Part shown: positions 9,891 through 19,831 of the stretch, piece after piece
Layout of the letters: every line of letters starts with the position of its first letter
Numbering within the stretch: the stretch's first letter is position 1
NCBI GenBank assembly: GCA_002432025.1
Contig: DJFE01000015.1
Span: 17,718-81,717 of the forward strand
Length of the DNA stretch: 64,000 nt
Source: Candidatus Avelusimicrobium stercoris
GTDB lineage: Bacteria > Elusimicrobiota > Elusimicrobia > Elusimicrobiales > Elusimicrobiaceae
Reading direction: 5' to 3'
The notes under the pieces: model-generated
Database searches by the model: none
Seen by the model: only the letters and a program-made list of their open reading frames with translations
Told to the model about the DNA's origin: nothing
Program-made: the position numbers and the translations under genes

Positions 9891-12884
9891 TTACCTCAAC
9901 AATTCGGAAATTACCTTTACATAGGTGCTGGGGGCTTTGGTATCTTCGTAATTGATAATCCCGCAGCGGATGAGCATAATTTCCAGCATATGCGTAAGAA
10001 TATCGTAGAAATTCTCGCGCACGGACGGGTCGCACACTTGGAGCGACGGGCCCAAAATAACGGCGCCTTTTAACTTTTTATTGTCGCACAGGTTGGCGAT
10101 TTTAAAGGCGGAGGAAATGATATTTTCCGTGGCGTAAGAGGAGCGCACGGCAATATCAAATCCGCCCGAAATGCCCAGTTCCTTGGCGCGCTGTTCCAAG
10201 CAGAACACCATCCAGTTCATCAAATGGGAACTGTTCTGCGGGTAGAAGAAGCCAATGCGGCCCCACTCGCCGTTGCCCACCGTAGAAAGAGTGGTAATGC
10301 TTTCCGGGTCGCGGGTTAAAATTTCGCTGGTGGCGTCTTCGCCGTTGGTAGCCAATAATTTCTCAAAAATGGCCGCCTGGGAGCGTTCCGATTCCGGCAG
10401 GTTGGGGAAAATCAGGTTTTCCAACACTTTTAAGCGGCGGATACTGCGGGTAACGGTGCCCAGCGTCATATGCGCGCCGCCGAAAAATTCGGTTACTTGG
10501 GTATCGTTCAAATCCACGCCGTTTTCGGCAAGCATTTTTTTGACGATTTTTAAATGCGCAGAGCCGCCCGCGGGCTTTAATTCCGAAATCCAGCCGGAGT
10601 CCAAACGGAAGCGGATTAATTCTTCCAGTTTTTCCAAACTTTCCGGCGGATATTTGGATGTGATGACAATTTGCTTCTGCTCGCGCAGAAATTTATTAAG
10701 CAAATTGGAAATATGCACGCGGTTTTGCTCGTTAATGGCCAGCAGGTGGATGTCGTCAATGAGGAGCACCTTTACGCTGTCCATAAACTTATCAAATTTT
10801 TCAATGTTGCCTTCCATTACATAGCGCTGAATCCCGCGCGAAAGGCGCACGCCGTTTGTTAAAAAGATGTTTTCCTGGCCGAACTTTTTGGAAAACGCAT
10901 ACGCCATCGCGTTTAAGAAGTGCGTTTTGCCCGTTCCGGTGGCTCCGTGCAACACCAAGGGGTTGTACAGTTTGCCCGGGTTTTCAATGACGGAAATAGC
11001 CGTCGCGTGCGCGAAGCGGTTGACGGACATTACCATATTTTCAAGCGTGTAAGTGGGCACTAACGGTACTTCCAAGGGCCAGTTGTGTTTTTTGATTTCC
11101 GAGAGCGGAATTTCAATGGAGTGGTCAATGGTTTTCGTCTTTTCTAAAATCGTTTTGCCTTCCGCCGGTGCCGGCATAGCCGGTTTGGGCTGTTGGACAG
11201 GCTGGGGCCGTTGCGGTTGCTGGACGGGCGGCACCGCCGGAGCGGCGTGTACCGGGGCAACGGGAGCCTGCGGCTGCGGAGGCACGGGCGTATGCGCCGG
11301 AGCGGGAGCCGACGGCTCGGTTGTTAATTTGCGTCTAATGCGAAAAGTGGTTTTTTCTGCGTTGTTTTCTTCCATAATAGATTCCCCCGGTTTTACCGGA
11401 ACAAAAGGTTTTTGAACGGCCGGAGCGGCGGGCTGGGCCGGGCGCGGGGCCTGCGGTTGGACGGGAGCCGCCGGGTGCACTTTGGGCGCGGCGGGCGGCA
11501 CGGTTTGGTGGAACGACTTTTCGTACTGGTTGTGCATTAATTCGGTGTTAATAGTCGTTTCCAAATGAAAGGTTTTGTCCAACGAGTCTATTTTTTGTCC
11601 GCGGATAGTAATTTCCGGCAAATCGCCGCTTTCCTGCGGCTCTGCCTGCTCAATCACGGGCGCGTGCGGCACGGTGTTAAGCAAATGTTCCTCTTCGGGA
11701 ATTTGCCCGTGTATCGGTTCCGTCAGTTCCACCGAGGCTTCCTCGGGCGCGGGCCCTAAATTAAGGGGCTCATCATCCTCCGGGCGGACGGTGGATTTTT
11801 CTATATTTTCAAAGGGGTCCGCCACAGACGCGCGGTCTGCGGGTTTGTCTAATAAATCAAAGGGGTCTTGCACGGTATCCTCTTTTACTACTTCTTGTAC
11901 GGGCTCTGCCTGAACAGGCTCTGCGGAAACTTCCTCAGCAGATATGGGTTCAGCGGAAATTTCCGGTTTCTCATCCGTGGCTTCCAAGGTTTCTTGCTGT
12001 TCCGCCGCCGGGCGAACTGCCGCGTGGAGCGGTATATCTACATCCGCCTGAACCTCGGGCGCGGCTACCGTTTTGGCTTCCACCGCCGGGATAGGCGGCA
12101 CGGTGTTGGCGTGTTTTACAAACCCTGTATCCTTTTGGGAAATTTGCCCGGTAACTTTATTTAAATCGTCTAAATCAATAATGCAAGTTTGGTCCTTTAT
12201 CTTCTGTTCAAAGACGTTAAAGGATTCTTCCAAACTGTCTTTGCCGTCGGCCAGCACATTTATTTTTTGCTCTCGCTGCTGCTGGTTGTTTTTTACCAGT
12301 TTTTGGTTTTCCAAGTCCAGGAACATATCGTACTTGGTTTCCGCCGAAAAGATATCCTCTAATGGCATATTGTCCAGCATTGTGCCTTCCATATCCTTAA
12401 TGAGCATATCTTTGTCGTTAATGGTTAGAGGGGCCTGTTCCTCGGCGGGTTTTTCTTCCTTTACAGGTTGCGCCTCAATATCAATAGGTTCGGCCTGCGG
12501 CGGAAGCGGCGCGGCGGGCGGATTAGGCTTAAAGAAACTGTCCTCCGAAGCCACTTGCCCTACGGACCCGGCCAAGTCCGCTTTCCCGTTAAAAAGAGGG
12601 TCGCCCAAGGCACCATCTGGTGCGAATTGGTTTACCTTATTAATTTGGACCACGCCTTCCTCGGTCGCCGTACGGATTTTGGACAAGGTGTCCTCGTCCA
12701 AATCCGTAGGCAGTTCAAAGGAAAAAGTAAACGGCGGCAGGGCTGTGGTAGGCGCAGAAGCGTAACCCGCCAATTTTTTGGCGAGCAACTGCGCATCACG
12801 GTCTGTTCCGTCCGTTACTAAGGTGTAGCGGAGGTTTTGCGTGGCTGGGTCGGTACGGGAAAGAATATCCCAGTTGGTAATCAT
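9891..12884 (-). CDS. DnaA-type AAA+ ATPase-domain protein with long acidic/Pro-rich N-terminal region
   Basis: '[16 protein letters not shown]...[20 protein letters not shown]', Walker B LLIDDIH and 'QIVITS' match DnaA domain III; the rest is low-complexity or unrecognised. Confidence 0.8.
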   Translation of the reverse strand: MITNWDILSRTDPATQNLRYTLVTDGTDRDAQLLAKKLAGYASAPTTALPPFTFSFELPTDLDEDTLSKIRTATEEGVVQINKVNQFAPDGALGDPLFNGKADLAGSVGQVASEDSFFKPNPPAAPLPPQAEPIDIEAQPVKEEKPAEEQAPLTINDKDMLIKDMEGTMLDNMPLEDIFSAETKYDMFLDLENQKLVKNNQQQREQKINVLADGKDSLEESFNVFEQKIKDQTCIIDLDDLNKVTGQISQKDTGFVKHANTVPPIPAVEAKTVAAPEVQADVDIPLHAAVRPAAEQQETLEATDEKPEISAEPISAEEVSAEPVQAEPVQEVVKEDTVQDPFDLLDKPADRASVADPFENIEKSTVRPEDDEPLNLGPAPEEASVELTEPIHGQIPEEEHLLNTVPHAPVIEQAEPQESGDLPEITIRGQKIDSLDKTFHLETTINTELMHNQYEKSFHQTVPPAAPKVHPAAPVQPQAPRPAQPAAPAVQKPFVPVKPGESIMEENNAEKTTFRIRRKLTTEPSAPAPAHTPVPPQPQAPVAPVHAAPAVPPVQQPQRPQPVQQPKPAMPAPAEGKTILEKTKTIDHSIEIPLSEIKKHNWPLEVPLVPTYTLENMVMSVNRFAHATAISVIENPGKLYNPLVLHGATGTGKTHFLNAMAYAFSKKFGQENIFLTNGVRLSRGIQRYVMEGNIEKFDKFMDSVKVLLIDDIHLLAINEQNRVHISNLLNKFLREQKQIVITSKYPPESLEKLEELIRFRLDSGWISELKPAGGSAHLKIVKKMLAENGVDLNDTQVTEFFGGAHMTLGTVTRSIRRLKVLENLIFPNLPESERSQAAIFEKLLATNGEDATSEILTRDPESITTLSTVGNGEWGRIGFFYPQNSSHLMNWMVFCLEQRAKELGISGGFDIAVRSSYATENIISSAFKIANLCDNKKLKGAVILGPSLQVCDPSVRENFYDILTHMLEIMLIRCGIINYEDTKAPSTYVKVISELLR

Positions 12885-13525
12885 TTGCCCTCTACAATTT
12901 TTACACCGCTGCTGGCGCCAATGCGGGTAGCCCCGGCGGCGACCATAGCGTCAAAATCCTCGCGCGTGCGTACTCCGCCGGAGGCTTTTACCTGCATATG
13001 GGCGGGAATAGATTTCTTCATCAAAGCGACATCCGCCGCCGTAGCGCCGCCGCCCGTAAAACCCGTGGAGGTTTTGACGAAGTCGGCCCCGGCTTGGGCG
13101 GAAATTTCGCACGCTTTTACTTTTTCGGTGTCCGTCAGTTGGGAGGTTTCAATAATTACCTTCAAAATGTGGCCCTTGCAGGCTTCGCGGACGGACTGGA
13201 TGTCTTGCAAAACGGTATCGTAGTCTTTGTCTTTGAGCGCGCCAATGTTGATAACCATATCAATTTCGTCAGCGCCGTTTTTGATAGCGTCTTGGGTTTC
13301 GTATGTCTTGACGGCTGTGGTATTGGCCCCCAACGGGAAGCCGATAACGGTGCACACTTTCACGTCCGACCCGGCCAAGAGTTCTTTGGCGTAAGACACC
13401 CAGAACGGGTTAATGCAAACGCTGCAAAAGCCATATTTGCGCGCTTCGTCGCAAACACGGAGGATATCCTCTTTTCCGGCAATCGGTTTTAAAATAGTGT
13501 GATCAATCAGTTTAGCCAAGTTCAT
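12881..13525 (-). CDS. deoC: Deoxyribose-phosphate aldolase
   Basis: [43 protein letters not shown]. Confidence 0.97.
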   Translation of the reverse strand: MNLAKLIDHTILKPIAGKEDILRVCDEARKYGFCSVCINPFWVSYAKELLAGSDVKVCTVIGFPLGANTTAVKTYETQDAIKNGADEIDMVINIGALKDKDYDTVLQDIQSVREACKGHILKVIIETSQLTDTEKVKACEISAQAGADFVKTSTGFTGGGATAADVALMKKSIPAHMQVKASGGVRTREDFDAMVAAGATRIGASSGVKIVEGK

Positions 13526-13544
13526 ACGAAACCCCTTTTAAATA

Positions 13545-14303
13545 TTATTTATTGTAGTTGATAATGCGGGCGAATTTTTCCGCGACCAAAGACTGGCCGC
13601 CCACCAAGGCGCCGTCCACATCTTGTTTGGCCATAATTTCGTCCACATTGGTATCTTTTACGCTGCCGCCGTACAAAATGCGGGTAGCACCGGCAAACGC
13701 GGCAGAATAGGCTTTGCCCAAATACGCGCGGATAGCGGCGTGCACTTCTTGCGCTTGGTCCGGCGTGGCGGTTTTGCCCGTGCCGATAGCCCAAACGGGT
13801 TCATAGGCGATGATGAGGCCCTTTAATTGTTCTTCGGTAAAGCCCTTCAAGCCGTTTTTGAGTTGTTCTTCAATGACGGAAAGAGTTTTGCCGGCTTCGC
13901 GCTGTTCCAAGGTTTCACCCACGCAGAAGATAACGGTCAAGCCGTGGCGCAAGGCAGCGGCTACTTTTTTGTTCAAAATTTCATCGGTATCGCCGAAAAC
14001 GCTTCTGCGTTCGCTGTGCCCGATTAAGGTGTGGGTAGCACCTGCGTCTTTGGCTTGTACGGGGGAAACGGCACTCGTAAAGGCGCCTTTATCTTCCCAA
14101 TGTACGTCTTGGGCGGCTACTTGGATTTCGGAACCTTTGGCGAGTTCCGCCACTTTGGCAAGCGACGTGTAAGACGGCGCAACGATAATTTCAACGTGGT
14201 TTTTATTCCCGGCTTTGGTAAGAGCAGTAATAAGGGCGGTAGATTCCGCGAGCGTATTGTGCATCTTCCAGTTTCCGGCAATGATAGGTGTTCTTTCGGT
14301 CAT
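13545..14303 (-). CDS. tpiA: Triosephosphate isomerase
   Basis: AGNWKM, GHSERR, AYEPVWAIGTG, YGGSV. Confidence 0.98.
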   Translation of the reverse strand: MTERTPIIAGNWKMHNTLAESTALITALTKAGNKNHVEIIVAPSYTSLAKVAELAKGSEIQVAAQDVHWEDKGAFTSAVSPVQAKDAGATHTLIGHSERRSVFGDTDEILNKKVAAALRHGLTVIFCVGETLEQREAGKTLSVIEEQLKNGLKGFTEEQLKGLIIAYEPVWAIGTGKTATPDQAQEVHAAIRAYLGKAYSAAFAGATRILYGGSVKDTNVDEIMAKQDVDGALVGGQSLVAEKFARIINYNK

Positions 14304-14428
14304 TTTAATTCCTCTTTAAATACAAAATAGAACGCTCTCCCGCGCGGGGAGAGAAACTTCCTATTAAATACTATCATAAAGAAAGCGAAATGAAAAGGGG
14401 CGGCGGAATTAGTCGTGGCTAAATTAGT

Positions 14429-14708
14429 GGTCAGCCTGAATTGCCGCCCTTACCGCTAGGCGGAACCCGTAGAGTTGCTGTGCGGGGCTATTAATAGGTT
14501 TCAGGAACTACCAATTGGGTTGTTTGTCTTTTGTATTGTAGTTGCCGTCATCCTGGAAAGTCGTAGTCCAGGATCTGTCGTTAGTAAAAAAAAGAAAACA
14601 ACGGATACTGGAACGCTCCGCGCCGGCAAACCTTCCAGTATGACCTTTATTTTTATAACCAGCAAACGACCCAAGATGTGGATTCTGAAACAAGTTCAGA
14701 ATGCCCCC
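14429..14708. repeat. Nested cluster of REP-like palindromic repeats
   Basis: Inner inverted doublet: gccgtcatcctgga-aagtcgtag-tccaggatctgtcgtt (14544-14582) and atactggaa...ttccagtatgac (14605-14644). Outer pair: gtcagcctgaa...ttcagg (~14430-14505) and gattctgaaacaagttcagaatg (14681-14703). Confidence 0.75.
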
Positions 14709-14827
14709 CAATTTTAAAACAGACTTGTTGTTTCGTTGGTTGCGACATTACAAAAAGAGTGTTGCTTTATTAATCAAATGAGCGCGGATAATTTGCCGCC
14801 TGCAAGGCGCCGCCCGCAGGGTGAGGC

Positions 14828-15652
14828 CTATACCGCCATTAGGCAGATTTTGTATTTGTCGGCTAACGCAATGACGTCCTCTAAATCCAAAACCAAGGTC
14901 TTTTCGGCTTCAAAGGCCAATACGGAAATACCCGCCTTGTGCAGGCTTTCCAAGGTGCCTTTGCCGATGACGGGCAGGTCAAAGCGGTTGTCTTGGTTGG
15001 GGCGGGCTACTTTCACTACGGCTACGGCCGATTTTTTTTCGGCGGATTCGCGGTACAGGTCGCCCGCGCGTAAAATACAGCGGTCCGTGCCCTCCATACC
15101 TTCTACGGCAATAACGGCGTTTTGGCTGACCACGCAGGTAAGCCCAATGTCTAGCGCCGCAATGGCCTTGGCCACTTTATAACCAAAGTCCGCCGCTTGC
15201 TGTTCCTCAGCGGTCGGCTTTCGGGCCGATAAAACACCCTTTTGGGGCATAAAATCCTCTAAAAATAGGGCGGAGTGTTCAAATTCAATGCCGTCCTTTT
15301 TAAATTCGTCCATTACGCGGGAAAGAATATTTTTGGTTTGCATATTCTTTAAGGACGCCAAAAACTTGGCTCCGCGCAAGTCCGGCATTAAATTGGTAAA
15401 AATAGAGGTGTGCTGCACGCGCCCGGCCATAATCACGCGGGTTACGCCGTGCTCTTTAAAGAAACGGATTCCCGCGCCCAACTGTCCCAGGCGGAAGGCC
15501 TGGAACACTTTGGCGCAGTTTTTATAATCGTCTTCTTTGGCGTTGCCCTTGGCCCCGGCTACATAGACTTCGTACCCCTTTGCCGTTGCCTTTTGGGCAA
15601 TGTAAACAGGCATTTTGCCTTCGCCAGCGATCAGGCCTATTTTATTAGTCAT
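14828..15652 (-). CDS. lpxI: UDP-2,3-diacylglucosamine diphosphatase LpxI
   Basis: KIGLIAGEG, DIG, AVEGMEGTD, KVARPNQDNRFDLPVIG; follows lpxA; start reassigned to ATG 15652. Confidence 0.9.
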   Translation of the reverse strand: MTNKIGLIAGEGKMPVYIAQKATAKGYEVYVAGAKGNAKEDDYKNCAKVFQAFRLGQLGAGIRFFKEHGVTRVIMAGRVQHTSIFTNLMPDLRGAKFLASLKNMQTKNILSRVMDEFKKDGIEFEHSALFLEDFMPQKGVLSARKPTAEEQQAADFGYKVAKAIAALDIGLTCVVSQNAVIAVEGMEGTDRCILRAGDLYRESAEKKSAVAVVKVARPNQDNRFDLPVIGKGTLESLHKAGISVLAFEAEKTLVLDLEDVIALADKYKICLMAV

Positions 15653-16439
15653 CGTCGTGCAGTTTGGTTTTGGCCGTAGCCACGCCGCGGGGGGAAGTTT
15701 TGCAGAAATCAATCATATGCTGTACTTCCTTGCAGGGGTGGGTGGCTTCCAGTTCCGCCATAGCGTCTTGCAGGCGTTTGCCGCTTCTGAAAAGGGCTTT
15801 ATAGGCGCGTTTGATTTCCATAATGGTTTCGCGCGTAAGTCCGCCGCGGCGCATACCGACCAGGTTCAAACCAACCAGGCGAGCGCGCTGGCCTTGGGCA
15901 ATACAATAGGGCGGAATATCCAGCGGCAGCATTGCCCCGCCGGAGAGCATAGCCATTGTGCCCACGCGGACAAATTGGTGAATCCCCACCATACCGGACA
16001 TTACCACGCGGTCCTCTACTTGGACGTGTCCCGCAATACCCGTGCTGTTGGCTACAATAATATGGTCGCCCAAGCGGCAGTCGTGCGCGACGTGGGAGTT
16101 GGCCATTAACAGGCAGTAGTTGCCGATGATAGTGGGTTTATCCAAATTGGTGGAGCGGTGAATTGTTACACACTCGCGGATTTGGTTGTAATCGCCCATT
16201 TGCACGCGGGTGGGTTCGTCTTTATAAGACAAATCCTGTGGCTTTACGCCGATAAAGGCGCTGGCGATAATATCGTTGCCGTTGCCCATAGTGGTATTTT
16301 CAATCACGCAGAACGGGCCGATTTTGTTGTTTTTACCGATGATGACGCCCTTGCCGATGACGGTATAGGGGCCGATAAGGGTAGAGGGGTCAATTTTAGC
16401 GGACGGGTCAATAATTGCCGTAGGGTGTATGTTAGACAT
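15645..16439 (-). CDS. lpxA: UDP-N-acetylglucosamine O-acyltransferase
   Basis: IHPTAII, PQDLSY, IRECVTIHR, SHVAHDC, hexapeptide repeats, GLNLVGMRR. Confidence 0.96.
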   Translation of the reverse strand: MSNIHPTAIIDPSAKIDPSTLIGPYTVIGKGVIIGKNNKIGPFCVIENTTMGNGNDIIASAFIGVKPQDLSYKDEPTRVQMGDYNQIRECVTIHRSTNLDKPTIIGNYCLLMANSHVAHDCRLGDHIIVANSTGIAGHVQVEDRVVMSGMVGIHQFVRVGTMAMLSGGAMLPLDIPPYCIAQGQRARLVGLNLVGMRRGGLTRETIMEIKRAYKALFRSGKRLQDAMAELEATHPCKEVQHMIDFCKTSPRGVATAKTKLHDDD

Positions 16440-16923
16440 TGGGAACTTCTCCTAAAATAAAATTAAGGGTGGCCTGCGTGCACAGTTTACCGTTGACGTA
16501 GGCTTCTGCATAGATTTTGGAAATTTTGCCCAAACGCAGGATTTCAATCGGCATTTCCAGCGTGTCGCCGGGTTGCACCATCCCGCGGAATTTGGCGTTT
16601 TCAATGCTTAAAAAGAGCGGAAGGCCGCCTTTTCCTTGCGTAATGTAGCCCATAATGGCGCCGCCAAACGCTTGGGACATACTTTCCACCACTAACACGC
16701 CCGGCATAACCGGCTTGGCGGGAAAGTGCCCTTTAAAATAGTATTCGTCCGGGCGCACAAAGTGCTTGCCCAAGTATTTCTTTTTTTCTTCCAATACCTT
16801 TACTTCGTCCACAAGCAGGAAGGGCTCGCGGTGGGGAATATTCTTTTTAATGCGCTCCAAGTCGTAAACATCCACGGCGGGAAGTGTTAAAAAGTCCTTT
16901 AAACTAGCGGATTTAACGCTCAT
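16432..16923 (-). CDS. fabZ: 3-hydroxyacyl-ACP dehydratase FabZ
   Basis: PHREPFLLVD, FKGHFP..PVMPGVL..E; start reassigned to ATG 16923 overlapping the lpxC stop. Confidence 0.93.
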   Translation of the reverse strand: MSVKSASLKDFLTLPAVDVYDLERIKKNIPHREPFLLVDEVKVLEEKKKYLGKHFVRPDEYYFKGHFPAKPVMPGVLVVESMSQAFGGAIMGYITQGKGGLPLFLSIENAKFRGMVQPGDTLEMPIEILRLGKISKIYAEAYVNGKLCTQATLNFILGEVPNV

Positions 16924-17744
16924 TTGTCCTCCGAATTGGCCAAGAGAATCTTGGCGAAAATTACATTGTGTTTGTGCCCGCCGCAGGTGCAAGTGATTTT
17001 AAGCGGCGGCAGTTTGCGCCCGGTTAAGCACAGGTCGCCCACCATATCCAAAATTTTGTGGCGGACGAGTTCATCCGGGTAGCGCAGTTCGTTGATAAAT
17101 TTATCTTTTCCGACGATGACGGCGTTTTCCAAATTGCCGCCTTTGGCCAGGCCGTGCGCCTTTAAAAAGGCCAGTTCTTCTTCAAAGCCGAACGTGCGCG
17201 CGCGGGCAATTTCCTTTAAATAGTTGTCCGGCGTAAATTCTAAGGTAAATTCCTGGTGGCTGACGAGCGGGTGTTTGTGCAAAAATACAAAGGTAAAGGT
17301 TAATTTGTCCGCGGGTTCAGCCGAGTAGGCGATGCGGCCGCTTGTGTAAGTGATTTTTTGCTTGATGTTAAGCAAGGGTTGTTCTCCCGGCAGATCCTTT
17401 AAGCCCGCCTTTAAAAGAGCCTCTACATACACGTCGCTCGCTCCGTCGGTTACCGGCGGTTCCGGGCCGTCCATTTCTACGGTAACGTCCGTAAGCCCCA
17501 AGGCGTGCAAGGCAGACATTACGTGCTCCACCGTCCAAACCTCGGCGGTATCGTTCTTTAAATTGGTGCCGCGCAGGGTGGAACTGACATTTTGCGCCAA
17601 AGCGGCAATAGGTTTTGCGGCGGGAATATCGGTGCGTAAAAAGGTAATGCCGTTGTCGGCGGGCTTAAACGTAAGCGTAGCGGGTACGCCTGTGTGCAAG
17701 CCGTTGCCCTTTACTGTGGCGGGGGTAGAAATGGTTTTTCTCAT
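16920..17744 (-). CDS. lpxC: UDP-3-O-acyl-GlcNAc deacetylase
   Basis: GLHTG, TVEH, ARTFGF, RHKILD, GGH motifs. Confidence 0.96.
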   Translation of the reverse strand: MRKTISTPATVKGNGLHTGVPATLTFKPADNGITFLRTDIPAAKPIAALAQNVSSTLRGTNLKNDTAEVWTVEHVMSALHALGLTDVTVEMDGPEPPVTDGASDVYVEALLKAGLKDLPGEQPLLNIKQKITYTSGRIAYSAEPADKLTFTFVFLHKHPLVSHQEFTLEFTPDNYLKEIARARTFGFEEELAFLKAHGLAKGGNLENAVIVGKDKFINELRYPDELVRHKILDMVGDLCLTGRKLPPLKITCTCGGHKHNVIFAKILLANSEDK

Positions 17745-17745
17745 A

Positions 17746-18822
17746 TTATAATCCTAACAATTTTTTTAGTTTACCGAAAAACGATAAGTTTTTGGCCTCC
17801 TCCAACTGCTTTTTGAAGGCTCTAAATTCTTTGTGCATTTCGGGCAGTTTGCGCAGCATTGCCTGCTGTTTAAAGGCTTCGCGCTGGGGCATAGCCGGAT
17901 AGCCGAAATATGTCTGCCCGGCGGGGATAGACGTCATTACGCCGGATTGCGCGCCGACTTGGGCGCGGTCTCCGATGGACATATGTCCGGCGAGGCCCAC
18001 TTGGCCCGCCAAAATGACCCCGTTGCCGATTTCCGTCGTGCCGGCTACGCCGACTTGGGCGCACATAATACTGCTCATCCCCACGTGCACATTATGCCCG
18101 ATTTGGACGAGGTTATCAATTTTGGTATTGTCGCCAATGACGGTGCTGGAAATTTTGGCGCGGTCAATACAGGTGTTGGACTGCACTTCCACATCGTTGC
18201 CCAAAACCACATTGCCGATTTGCGGGATTTTTTGGTGGCGTCCGTCGTGGAACGTGAAGCCAAAACCGTCCGAACCGATTTTCGCCCCGGCCTGCAAAAT
18301 AACATAATCTTTCAGCACGCACTCCTCGCGGATGACGACCTGCGGATAAATGTAGCAGTTCTTGCCGATGGTTACATTTTTGCCGATGTAGCATTGCGGA
18401 AAAATGACGGTATTGTCGCCGATTTGCGCGCCGTCTTCAATTACGGTATAAGCGCCTACGGACACATTGGCCCCCAGTTTAGCCGACGGGCTGATAACGG
18501 CGGTGGGGTGGATGCCGGGCGTATGCTTCTGCTTTTGCGCATCGGCGTATTTCATTAAAAGGATAAAGGCCCACTCGGGGTTTTTGGCGTACAAGAGCGC
18601 GCCTTGAAAGGGGATTCCCTGCCCCTTGGCGCTTTCGGGCACGATAAGGGCGGAGGCTTTTAAATCTTTGAGCAGGTCCGCTTTTTCCAAAGATGTTAAA
18701 TAACAAATGCCGCCTTCGTGCGCTTCTTCCAGCGAGCAAAGGGCGGTAACGGCGGTATCCGGCTTGGAGGCGTCCTGCGCCCCGGTAATTTTAGCCACCT
18801 CGGCTACGGTTAATTGCAACAT
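17746..18822 (-). CDS. lpxD: UDP-3-O-(3-hydroxyacyl)glucosamine N-acyltransferase
   Basis: IGSDGFGF, KIPQIG, IDR, KIDNLVQIGHN, hexapeptide repeats. Confidence 0.96.
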   Translation of the reverse strand: MLQLTVAEVAKITGAQDASKPDTAVTALCSLEEAHEGGICYLTSLEKADLLKDLKASALIVPESAKGQGIPFQGALLYAKNPEWAFILLMKYADAQKQKHTPGIHPTAVISPSAKLGANVSVGAYTVIEDGAQIGDNTVIFPQCYIGKNVTIGKNCYIYPQVVIREECVLKDYVILQAGAKIGSDGFGFTFHDGRHQKIPQIGNVVLGNDVEVQSNTCIDRAKISSTVIGDNTKIDNLVQIGHNVHVGMSSIMCAQVGVAGTTEIGNGVILAGQVGLAGHMSIGDRAQVGAQSGVMTSIPAGQTYFGYPAMPQREAFKQQAMLRKLPEMHKEFRAFKKQLEEAKNLSFFGKLKKLLGL

Positions 18823-18834
18823 ATTTAAAAACCT

Positions 18835-19824
18835 CTACTTTCCGCGTTTGCGGTATTTTTTTGCCTTTTTCAGACGGGAGATAAAATCCTTGGTTACGTT
18901 TACCGGGCGGTCCCCATACAGGATTTCGTCCTTGCGGACGACTGCGCCGATGTTGCGCTTTTTGGCGAAGGATTTTATTTCCGTGTAAATGTCTTGCAAA
19001 ATGGCGTTTACTTCCTTTTTTTCCAACTTCAAAATTTCTTCGCGCGTGGTATATTTATAATTATCAATAAAAAAGCCGCGCTCTGCAATGATTTTTTTGT
19101 TGGCGGCAATGCGCGCCGTCAAATCGTCCAATTCAGCAGGCGTGTTTAAGGGGCTGGTGGATAAAATTTCCGCACCCGAAAAGGTCAGGCGGTTTAACAA
19201 ATTTCCTAGTACCAAGGAGTCCGCGCTTTCCTGGATTTGCGGCTTTAATTTCGTGGGCTCCACCACAATCCGCTCGTAAAACGGCTTTAACTCGCGCAAC
19301 TGCGCAGATAAGCGGTCATTTTCGGCGGTTAGAACATCAATTAATTGCCGTGCGCCTTGGACTTCGTCTTCTTTGGATAAAATTTTTAAACGGATTTGCT
19401 CTTTAACGGCAATGGTGCGCGGGTGTTCATTAAAGGCTTCGTCAATGTCAATAAACGCTACCGTTAAGCACTTTTGCGCGGCTTGGGGCTGCTCCTCGTC
19501 CGGCGCGTCTTTTTCGGGCGGGGGAAGAGGGGCTTCTTTGTCGGCGGCGGCCGCCATTTGCTCGGCATCCATTGTCAGTTCGGGGTCATTAGTGCCCGTG
19601 TGCGTGTTGGCTTGGGCAAAGGCTTCGCTCTTGGTTTCTTCCGGCAGGACGATTTTGTCCGTGGCCGGAGTTTGAGGGGCTGTTTCCTGGGCGGATTTGG
19701 CCAAAATAGAGGCTACCGCGGCGGCTTCTTTATCCGTCAATGCGGGTTCGCTCTCCGGCGCGTTTTGCGCTTGGAGAACTCCCGCCAGACAAGAAACCGT
19801 CAAAAACAGCCAAACTTTCTTCAT
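18835..19824 (-). CDS. OmpH/Skp-like periplasmic chaperone, extended
   Basis: Signal peptide; Skp-like 'VAFIDIDEAF' and 'IKSFAKKRNIGAVV....ILYG...NVTKDFISRL'; bamA-skp-lpxD position. Confidence 0.75.
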   Translation of the reverse strand: MKKVWLFLTVSCLAGVLQAQNAPESEPALTDKEAAAVASILAKSAQETAPQTPATDKIVLPEETKSEAFAQANTHTGTNDPELTMDAEQMAAAADKEAPLPPPEKDAPDEEQPQAAQKCLTVAFIDIDEAFNEHPRTIAVKEQIRLKILSKEDEVQGARQLIDVLTAENDRLSAQLRELKPFYERIVVEPTKLKPQIQESADSLVLGNLLNRLTFSGAEILSTSPLNTPAELDDLTARIAANKKIIAERGFFIDNYKYTTREEILKLEKKEVNAILQDIYTEIKSFAKKRNIGAVVRKDEILYGDRPVNVTKDFISRLKKAKKYRKRGK

Positions 19825-19831
19825 ACACCCC

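Noticed and set aside
14544..14708. CRISPR array
   Set aside because: The repeats are non-identical, inverted or nested and irregularly spaced; there are no unique spacers and no cas genes.
14475..14717. Short ORFs (80 aa +, 67 aa -) in the lpxI-tpiA gap
   Set aside because: They are translations of the palindromic repeats, have non-ATG starts and show no evident RBS.
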